From Candidatus Woesearchaeota archaeon (GTDB taxonomy: Archaea > Nanobdellota > Nanobdellia > Woesearchaeales > ARS49), in the NCBI GenBank assembly GCA_038884975.1, contig JAWAAW010000003.1, positions 19,502-83,501 of the forward strand: DNA of 64,000 bases. The letters run 5' to 3'. The translations under genes and the position numbers were made by a program. Numbering within the stretch: the first letter of the stretch is position 1; each line of letters starts with the position of its first letter. Shown piece by piece: positions 57,257 through 64,000 of the stretch. The notes under the pieces were generated by a model that saw only the letters and a program-made list of their open reading frames with translations, ran no database searches and had not been told where the DNA came from.

Positions 57257-58061
57257 GCTGACTGTACTCATCAAGGAACTTTCTCGCGAGTGCATAATCA
57301 TGAACGATTAAAACATTCTCGTCATTGCGCTCATTGCCATTCCTTGTCGGGTTGTAAGAGCCAGTAATAATTGTTTTGTCGTCGATAACGAATACTTTGT
57401 GATGAATGCTTCCAATAGCTGCAAAAGGAAGTTGCTTGAGGGCTTCCTTTTCTGACTTGTCAATAATACCCTCCACCTTTATGTCAGTCCTCTTGAGCTG
57501 CCTGAGAAAGTCCTCATCAGTAATGTCAGCAAGCATAAATGTAATGCCTTGTTTGGCGCCTTCAAGATATGGAAGAATGCGCTCCTTGCACCTGTCTTCT
57601 GGGCAGAAATAATTTTCTATCAGTAGGTTATTGTATGAGATTTTAGGATAAATAACGTGTTTTCTACCGCCAGGAAGCTCAGCATACTCGTCAAGATAAT
57701 TCCTTGCCAGCGAAGGGGAATGTATTATTACTGCATTGTTAGCCTTGTAAGTTCTTGTCGGGTTCCACGAGCCAGTCCAGACAACACTATTGTTTATAAT
57801 GCAGAACTTGTTATGCATCAGAGGGCCCTTTCCGTCCTCTGTCTTCCACTCAATGTTTTTCAGCGCGTTTTGTATTTCCGGCAAACTCACGTCGTACAAA
57901 GCACATTTTGCGTCAGCCGCATCATTGAGCAGATTTGCAAGCAGTGCAGTGCAATTATCACGCTCGCAAAAATAAGCTTCAATAGGAGGGCCTGTCTCAA
58001 TCGGGATGTTCTTCGCACAGGCAGCAAGAAGGAGCGATAAGACGATAATTGCCCGCCTCAT
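57231..58061 (-). CDS. Phospholipase D-superfamily lipoprotein (nuclease or phospholipase)
   Basis: Lipobox LAAC; HNKFCIIN..TGSWN and HHKVFVID..TGSYN motifs. Confidence 0.88.
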   Translation of the reverse strand: MRRAIIVLSLLLAACAKNIPIETGPPIEAYFCERDNCTALLANLLNDAADAKCALYDVSLPEIQNALKNIEWKTEDGKGPLMHNKFCIINNSVVWTGSWNPTRTYKANNAVIIHSPSLARNYLDEYAELPGGRKHVIYPKISYNNLLIENYFCPEDRCKERILPYLEGAKQGITFMLADITDEDFLRQLKRTDIKVEGIIDKSEKEALKQLPFAAIGSIHHKVFVIDDKTIITGSYNPTRNGNERNDENVLIVHDYALARKFLDEYSQLTLSAGAS

Positions 58062-58564
58062 TGCATTGACCTCTTGCTCTTCTGCAAAGCAAACATTATC
58101 CCGGGATATTTGTCGTCGAGGGACTCAAGGGCTTTTCTCAATGAGGATTTGGGCAGGACGGGTTGTTTTATGCCTTCCAATTCACAATACTTCTCAAGCT
58201 CTTTTGATGTGATATTTGAAAATATGTTAAGGGTTTTGGTTTTCTTTGCTGTTTTGCCCTTGAATAACTGCTCAAGGAATTCAACTGCCTCATCATCAGC
58301 TGTCTTTCCGACGATAACAACCTCTGCTTTTGCCTTTGGAACATATTTCAATGGCAGACCTATGACTGCAGTTTTAAAGAGGGCTGGAAGGGCTCCTTTG
58401 CCGTCTAAGCATACCTTTTGGCCCGGCTTTAGCTCGCCATAACCCCTGATCGCTTTTCTCACCCTGCGTCTCAACAACTGGCTAAAGCAATCTTTGCAAA
58501 GAGGGCGTAAATGAGGAAAAAACACCCTTGCTGGCTTTTTGCAAACGCAGTCCTTATTGTGCAT
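58058..58564 (-). CDS. Degenerate TtuA/NcsA (tRNA thiolase)-like protein
   Basis: N-terminal CxC...LCKDCF..RRVRKAIR, TADDEA and LDDKYPG; no SGGKDS PP-loop. Confidence 0.55.
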   Translation of the reverse strand: MHNKDCVCKKPARVFFPHLRPLCKDCFSQLLRRRVRKAIRGYGELKPGQKVCLDGKGALPALFKTAVIGLPLKYVPKAKAEVVIVGKTADDEAVEFLEQLFKGKTAKKTKTLNIFSNITSKELEKYCELEGIKQPVLPKSSLRKALESLDDKYPGIMFALQKSKRSMQ

Positions 58565-58682
58565 AATATTTATATAGTAGAAAGCCCATTAATAAGGCTA
58601 TTGGGGGTTAGGAAATAGACTGAAAGGGCAAATAGGGGGCTCTGCTCAGACACTGTGATACCACTTCCAAGTAGCATATAAA

Positions 58683-58698
58683 CCGAAAGATTTATATA
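58683..58698 (+). promoter_or_regulatory. Consensus archaeal BRE+TATA promoter
   Basis: CCGAAAGA-TTTATATA, with no ATG-initiated ORF directly downstream. Confidence 0.7.
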
Positions 58699-58719
58699 CT
58701 ACAATAGGTATATTAGAAG

Positions 58720-58893
58720 TTATAAGGGGGTAATAGACAAAATATCATACTGCTCAAAAATCATTATCTATCACCTCTTTTTCCCGCGCAGGTGCCTTCG
58801 GGCGCCTGCGTGGGTTTAATACTCACACAAAAACAATACCAATCACCTCTTTTTCCCTGGCAAGCGCTCCTCACGGGGCGTTTGCAGGGGTTT
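58720..58893 (+). ncRNA. Candidate sRNA(s): two tandem units of anti-SD-like core plus GC hairpin
   Basis: Identical ATCACCTCTTTTTCCC at 58770-58785 and 58842-58857; hairpins at 58783-58814 (cUUCGg loop, two G-U pairs) and 58855-58889 (two G-U pairs). Confidence 0.6.
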
Positions 58894-58970
58894 GTCAGCC
58901 CTTAGCGGCAGCACTCGCCACTGGACATAGTTGCGCAGGGATTTAAAAGGTGGAGTTTCTTGGGTATTGC

Positions 58971-59148
58971 ATGGCTAAGAATTATTCTGCAGCAAAGTGG
59001 CAAATAACAGTACAGGAATTGCGCAACCCAAAAGGGCAGCTTGTCATAAAGGTGACACGGCGCATTCCAGAACTTCATGTGTCAGAAACAAGGTTTTTCA
59101 TGTCAAGAAAAAAAAGCAGAGGAGAAAATAAGGGAATGGCTACTCTAA
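58971..59148 (+). pseudogene. Small protein gene apparently frameshifted in an A8 tract
   Basis: MAKNYSAAKW...KVTRRIPELHVSETRFFMSRKK, then a +1 shift gives AEEKIREWLL-stop, ending at the convergent gene. Confidence 0.55.
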
Positions 59149-59445
59149 AACCTCGGCCTTTGACCTCAAAGACAACACAAGCTCTGGTTGCTGGAACCTG
59201 TAAATGTCAGGCACATTCATTGAGAGAAGGCGCTTGCGCAGGCATTCCTTTGGGAACCTTTTCAGGAGCTCCCTGCGTTGCTCATCATCCATTGCCACAA
59301 TCAGGTCAGCCCAATCAAGGTCCTTTGCAGAAACAGGATGCTCGCTGTATAGTCCTGCATAGCGGGTCTCAAACCTGTCCCTGAACAGCTCTGCCGCAGT
59401 CCTGCTGCGGTTCATTCCCTGATTACACACAAACAAAACCTTCAT
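59140..59445 (-). CDS. Low-molecular-weight phosphotyrosine phosphatase-like protein
   Basis: VLFVCNQGMNRS (CX5R), WADLIVAM and VPDIY motifs. Confidence 0.88.
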   Translation of the reverse strand: MKVLFVCNQGMNRSRTAAELFRDRFETRYAGLYSEHPVSAKDLDWADLIVAMDDEQRRELLKRFPKECLRKRLLSMNVPDIYRFQQPELVLSLRSKAEVLE

Positions 59446-59491
59446 GCCAATAACAATGCTGTCAGTGAATAAAAATCTTGCGGAGGAATAA

Positions 59492-60589
59492 ATGCAGCAA
59501 ACAGGTCTGGTATCGCTGCCATTGCACGGCGGAAAATGCCCAAGATGGCTTTTTCCAAGAATGATAAAATTGTCAAAGGAAATAGCAACGCTAATTATTA
59601 ATGAGTACGGCACTGCTGAATTTCTACAGAGGATAAGCGACCCTTTCTTTTTTCAGTCATTGAGCTGCGTGATTGGCTTTGACTGGCACAGCTCAGGAGT
59701 CACAACAACAACCTGCGGGGCACTAAAGGAAGCATTGTCAGCAGAAGAACACGGCATAATCGTGTGCGGAGGAAAAGGAAGAATGTCAAGAAAGGTACCT
59801 GACGAAATAATTGCAGGAGCATACAAGTTCAACCTGCAGACGCGGATAACAAACAATCTTGTCAGGGCAAGCAAAATGTCAGCAAAAGTTGATACTGCCT
59901 TAGTGCAGGACGGCTACCAGCTCTACCACCACACATTCTTTATTGACGAAAAAGGAAACTGGGCAGTAGTCCAGCAAGGAATGAATGACGGCAACGGCTA
60001 CGCAAGACGATATCACTGGCTTTCTGACAATGTGCACAGCTTTGTTGAAGAACCACATTCTGCCATTTGCTGTGACGCCCGCACAGAAAACACCCTGAAC
60101 ATGACTGCAAAAGAGGCATTCCAGGCAAGAAAGGCAAGCATTGATGCAGTAAAAGATGGTATTTTGTTGAGAAGGCAAAGCACCCTGTCTGAATTTTTCG
60201 GGAAAACCCGCAAAATAGCAATGCCCAGCCGTCATGCCTTGCATTTTGAAGACCTTTCAGCACAATCACAGAACGCCTTGAGGAGGGCTTATGACTTACA
60301 GCCAAAAAATTACGAAGAGCTTGTTGCACTGCAAGGAATCGGTCCAAAGACAATAAGGGCGCTTGCTCTTGTTTCTGAACTGGTATACGGCGCTCCTGCA
60401 TCGTGGAAAGACCCTGCAAAATACTCGTTCGCGCACGGAGGAAAAGACGGATGGCCTTACAGGATAAACCAGCAGCAGTATGACAAAACAATTGAAATAC
60501 TCAAGGGAGCAATAGCTGATGCAAGATTAGGTGAGAAAGAAAAGGCAGGCGCAATAAGAAGGCTAAGCGCATTTATTAGAACTGATTAA
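59492..60589 (+). CDS. DUF763-family protein
   Basis: LPLHGGKCPRWL, GFDWHSSG, VVQQGMN, ARRYHW, GIGPKTIRAL (HhH) and FAHGGKDG motifs. Confidence 0.9.
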   Translation: MQQTGLVSLPLHGGKCPRWLFPRMIKLSKEIATLIINEYGTAEFLQRISDPFFFQSLSCVIGFDWHSSGVTTTTCGALKEALSAEEHGIIVCGGKGRMSRKVPDEIIAGAYKFNLQTRITNNLVRASKMSAKVDTALVQDGYQLYHHTFFIDEKGNWAVVQQGMNDGNGYARRYHWLSDNVHSFVEEPHSAICCDARTENTLNMTAKEAFQARKASIDAVKDGILLRRQSTLSEFFGKTRKIAMPSRHALHFEDLSAQSQNALRRAYDLQPKNYEELVALQGIGPKTIRALALVSELVYGAPASWKDPAKYSFAHGGKDGWPYRINQQQYDKTIEILKGAIADARLGEKEKAGAIRRLSAFIRTD

Positions 60590-60942
60590 TCATCAGATTC
60601 CAAGTGCGCCTTATGCACGTAATATGACACAACGTCTGTAAGCGGGTATATTCTCTTGCTGATTTCATCGTGAAGAATGTCAGAAAAAGCCTGCTTGCTC
60701 TTTGTTCTTGTATTTATCCAAACCCGCGACTTATTAAACCTGTCATAAATAAGAATGCTAAAACCACGGCGAATGACATCAACTCTTTCTTGTATTACTG
60801 TATTCTGAACAATCCCCTCAAGAGGGGTGCCTTCCTGGCCAGAGCAGGAAAGGACATCAGCAAGTTCTGCCAATTCCTCACCGTCAAGCTCTTCAATAAA
60901 TCCCTTGTAGTCATTATCAATATAAGCCATTTGCGAAACCAA
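60586..60942 (-). CDS. Hypothetical protein
   Basis: ORF filling the gap; likely start MAYIDN. Confidence 0.55.
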   Translation of the reverse strand: MVSQMAYIDNDYKGFIEELDGEELAELADVLSCSGQEGTPLEGIVQNTVIQERVDVIRRGFSILIYDRFNKSRVWINTRTKSKQAFSDILHDEISKRIYPLTDVVSYYVHKAHLESDD

Positions 60943-60972
60943 TGCGTGCCTTAAATAAAAACCTTGTCATCT

Positions 60973-62742
60973 TCAGCGGTTTCTTTGCCTCTTCCTGCCC
61001 ATTCGCCCTATCGCGTCCTGTAACGCATCTGCAAACATTGAAATGATTATTCCGAGAATGATGCCGCCAATAATCCAGAGCGTGTGGGGTTCAATGCGCT
61101 GCCAAAGAGTGATTTTGTTTGGCTTTTTGTGACCAAAATAAATGTCAAGGTTTGAGAACTCAAGAGCATATTCTGCAAACAACAAGGAAGAGTATTTGTC
61201 GATGTGCTTCAACGAGCCCGCGTATTCGTAATAACTGTAGCCGATTATTGGAAAAATGCCTTTTTGCTGGCTCCTTATGATTGCGTTACGCACAATGCCA
61301 AGCTTTAAGTCAATAAGTCCGTCAATCCTGGACGGTTCAACACCAATAACGCCAAGTATTACATCTGCCTCTGCCTTTGACTTGGACGCCTTGTACAAAC
61401 AAAGCGTATAATTGCCAGAAGAAAGGTCTGCATGCGCCTTTTCAAGCTCAGCTCTGGACTCAGCGAGAGAATCAGGAAGAAGAGAACGAACATAACTTAT
61501 GCGCTCCTCTGCCTCTGAAATCTTTGAAATGCACGCATCACGCAGACCTGACCTGTCAACAATTGCTGTAGTGTCGTTGTTGTCAAAAAATCTTGCCCAG
61601 GTCTTTGCAGAAAACAACCTTTCCTCTGCATAAGCAATGCCGGCAACAAGATTTTCAGTGTCTGTCTTGTTCTTCACAACGTCCTCAATAACGCTTTCTG
61701 CCTCTGAAATCCTTTCCTTCACTGCCATATATGTCTGAAGGTCAGTAAGGCTCGTGATGTTTCTTGCATCAATTGCAGAAGAATAACTTCCAATCCTTTC
61801 CTTAAGCTCACGCAATGCCTTCGCAATGCCTTCAGTCGTCCAGTTTCTTTGCAACGCCCATGCCTGCTTGAGCCCAACATTTGTCCTGAAACAGAAAGAA
61901 GCAGAAGCATAATACTGGCTTGCGTTAAAGACATCCTTTGCCCTCGTGCTCATATTCAGTGCCGCAAGCTCAATCTCTGTTGTGTTTTTTCCTGACCTGT
62001 GGCTTTCAAGCGAAACATTGATTTTTTGGGTGCGGTTGCAAAGGTCAATGGCAATCTGGCGCATTGTTTCTTCATAACCCTTCTCTATAGAGAACTCGGA
62101 TTTTGCCCTTGAAAAATTCCTGCCTGTGTATTCTTCCAGCGCGTCAATAATTGTTGAGACCTCTACGACTTCAATGCCAAGGACCTTGCCATAAGCAATG
62201 AGGTCTATGGTGGTGTTTGTCGTGCTGTCAGTCAGGTTTGCAGTCCCGCCAGGTATCAGCACCCTTGAAAGTCCTGCTTCTGCAGCAGCACCTATCTTTT
62301 CCTTTAGCCCACCAACAGGACCAATGATTCCACCAGAGTTTATCGTGCCCGTGATTGCGGTGTCATTCCGCAACTCAAGCCCTGCAATCAGTGACGCCAC
62401 AAGAATGCCTGCTGCTGAGCCAGCGCTTGGGCCTCCAACAATACTTGGCAAGGCCTTTATCGTGAAATAAAAGTCCTTGTCAGAGCAGTCAATGTCAAGC
62501 TCCCTGCACGCAACCTGCTGGGCAAACCGCATTGAAATCTGGGTTGTTATCTTGGTGAGCGGAAAAGTCTCAAGATAAACCCTGTTACTGCCAGATTCAA
62601 CCCTTAAATCAAGGTCCGCAACAGCACCTGACTCCTTGCCGCTGCTGTCCTCCGCAAGCGCAAGAAGCTTGATTGAGCCGGACTGGGCAAAAACAGAAGA
62701 AGCAAGAAGCGCAATTACTGTAATCCACGCGAGCAGTTTCAT
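60973..62742 (-). CDS. Exported, membrane-anchored S16 (Lon-like proteolytic domain) serine protease
   Basis: Signal peptide, GPSAG, TGTINSGGIIGPVGGLKEK Ser-Lys dyad, helical repeats, C-terminal TM; no AAA+ domain. Confidence 0.88.
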   Translation of the reverse strand: MKLLAWITVIALLASSVFAQSGSIKLLALAEDSSGKESGAVADLDLRVESGSNRVYLETFPLTKITTQISMRFAQQVACRELDIDCSDKDFYFTIKALPSIVGGPSAGSAAGILVASLIAGLELRNDTAITGTINSGGIIGPVGGLKEKIGAAAEAGLSRVLIPGGTANLTDSTTNTTIDLIAYGKVLGIEVVEVSTIIDALEEYTGRNFSRAKSEFSIEKGYEETMRQIAIDLCNRTQKINVSLESHRSGKNTTEIELAALNMSTRAKDVFNASQYYASASFCFRTNVGLKQAWALQRNWTTEGIAKALRELKERIGSYSSAIDARNITSLTDLQTYMAVKERISEAESVIEDVVKNKTDTENLVAGIAYAEERLFSAKTWARFFDNNDTTAIVDRSGLRDACISKISEAEERISYVRSLLPDSLAESRAELEKAHADLSSGNYTLCLYKASKSKAEADVILGVIGVEPSRIDGLIDLKLGIVRNAIIRSQQKGIFPIIGYSYYEYAGSLKHIDKYSSLLFAEYALEFSNLDIYFGHKKPNKITLWQRIEPHTLWIIGGIILGIIISMFADALQDAIGRMGRKRQRNR

Positions 62743-62810
62743 TGGGGCAGAGACAAGGCAGGTGCTTATAAGGATTTGCAAGAAAGCAGCATTAAGAGAA
62801 GCAAACTCCA

Positions 62811-62944
62811 AATAACGCGCCTTCGGCGAGAGACACTCCTCACTCATGCAAACCGAACTCCGTTCAGGTTTGCGAGTTCGGAGGAGATAATAGGGGAAGA
62901 ATTTCCATTATTATTGGTAACGCGACTGTAAAGCGCCCGTTATT
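62811..62944. repeat. Multi-hairpin palindromic intergenic element
   Basis: Closed by AATAACG/CGTTATT; internal stems CGCC/GGCG, CTCCTC/GAGGAG with GCAAACC/GGTTTGC, and ATAAT..GGAA/TTCC.ATTAT. Confidence 0.6.
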
Positions 62945-62966
62945 CACTAATTTATCTGATGCAGAA

Positions 62967-64000
62967 TTATTTTGATTTTTTCTTAGGCTTCCTTTGCTTT
63001 ACCTGCTTTGCCTTCTTTTTCAGGGTTTTGCCAGGCGCTTCCTTTTCTTCCTTTTTTGGCCTTTCTATGTAACGACACTTCGGAAACTTGTTGCACGCAA
63101 TGAACTGGCCGTAAACAGACTTCCTGAGGACAAGCTCGCCTTCCCTGCACTTGGGGCACTTTTTGCCTTCCTCGAAATGTATCTTCTTTGAAGGGCAGTC
63201 AGGATTTATGCAGACCTGTTGCGGCCTTTTTGCCTTGCGAATCATTGTAATCATGGGATAACCGCAGTGCTGGCACACATCCTTGCTCACCTCAACAAGA
63301 CCGGACAATGGCAACTTAAATGTTGTCTTGCATTCAGGATACTTGTTACACGCAGCAAACCTTCCAAACTTGCCCTTTCTCAGCACTATTTCGCCTTTCT
63401 TACAAACAGGGCAGGGCCCTACTGTTGTCATTGCAGCCCTTGTTTCTGTAAAAGTGGTCTTGAGGTCATTGCCAACCTGCTTTTCTTTCTTCTTGAAGTC
63501 ACCAAGAATCTCAACAAGAACAACCTTTGCTTCTGACAATACCTCCTCCTTTTTCTTCTTGCGCTCCCTTATTGAATCCATCTCAAACTCAAAATGCCTT
63601 GTCAGCTCCTCGTCAATGATTTTCGGCGCGTGCTTTTCAAGAACTTCAATAACCCGTATGCCAAAATCAGTCGCAGTTATGGGCTCGCCTGTGACATAAT
63701 TGCGCTTGAACAACGTGTCAATGATTTCAGCCCTTGTTGCCTTTGTGCCAAGGTTGCGCTTTTCAAGCTCCCGAATTATGGAAGAAGGCGTGTACCTCTT
63801 TGGCGGCTGTGTTTCACGGTCATGCAACTGCATCTTCTTTACCTTAACCCTGTCATTTTCATTAACATTAGGAAGCTCAACCTCCTCAAGCCTGACATAC
63901 GGCTCGTAAAGAACGTGCCAGTTCTTCTCAACAGTCCTTGTTCCCTCTGCAGTGAAGGGCTCATTGTTTACCTCAATGATTATGTTCATTGTTTCCCTTA
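62967..64000 (-). CDS. topA: DNA topoisomerase I (type IA), C-terminal part with Zn ribbons
   Basis: TQPPKRY, LGTKATRAEII and LTRHFE motifs; repeated CPxC..G.F..C..YP.C ribbons; basic tail. Confidence 0.93.
   Translation of the reverse strand, partial: RETMNIIIEVNNEPFTAEGTRTVEKNWHVLYEPYVRLEEVELPNVNENDRVKVKKMQLHDRETQPPKRYTPSSIIRELEKRNLGTKATRAEIIDTLFKRNYVTGEPITATDFGIRVIEVLEKHAPKIIDEELTRHFEFEMDSIRERKKKKEEVLSEAKVVLVEILGDFKKKEKQVGNDLKTTFTETRAAMTTVGPCPVCKKGEIVLRKGKFGRFAACNKYPECKTTFKLPLSGLVEVSKDVCQHCGYPMITMIRKAKRPQQVCINPDCPSKKIHFEEGKKCPKCREGELVLRKSVYGQFIACNKFPKCRYIERPKKEEKEAPGKTLKKKAKQVKQRKPKKKSK

Noticed and set aside
58770..58857. CRISPR mini-array or 16S rRNA 3' fragment
   Set aside because: There are only two 16-nt repeats, the intervening sequence is a hairpin plus a semi-conserved segment, and there are no cas genes. 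No rRNA helix 44/45 sequence precedes ATCACCTC.
58950..59613. 144-aa (+) and 157-aa (-) ORFs as given in the track
   Set aside because: The extensions overlap real genes on the opposite strand. They are better explained by a frameshifted 58-aa gene and a phosphatase starting at 59445.
1..64000. Diversity-generating retroelement, integrase or transposase; numerous antisense ORFs in the track
   Set aside because: No reverse transcriptase, TR/VR pair, recombinase or tRNA-end duplication was seen. The remaining ORFs are shadows of motif-supported genes.

Overview
Gene-dense window from a small-genome archaeon, most likely DPANN (Woesearchaeota-like). This is inferred from AglB, BRE/TATA promoters, GAGGTGA/GGGGT ribosome-binding sites, a PGF-pre-PGF domain, and an intron-less tRNA-Trp without encoded CCA. 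About 1-42 kb is one very large surface-glycosylation locus. It holds a UbiA-type polyprenyl-P phosphoribosyltransferase, 7 polyprenol-P-sugar synthase-like GT2s, about 8 GT-C-like membrane transferases, a flippase, methyltransferases, AsnB, and an ADP-heptose pathway (gmhA, split hldE) with three GT9 heptosyltransferases. It ends in an AglB with N-terminal repeats and a C-terminal FKBP domain, next to a geranylgeranyl reductase. About 43-50 kb encodes exported or surface proteins, including a beta-barrel-like protein. About 50-64 kb holds tRNA-Trp, PolX-PHP, NUDIX, paired lipoproteins, UDG, PLD, DUF763, an S16 protease and partial topA. The most unusual signal is non-coding: at 58.7-58.9 kb a strong promoter precedes two tandem ~72-nt units. 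Each unit has an identical anti-Shine-Dalgarno-like ATCACCTCTTTTTCCC core followed by a G-U-containing hairpin of different sequence, which suggests a candidate translation-regulating sRNA array. All assignments come from motif recognition by eye; no searches were run.
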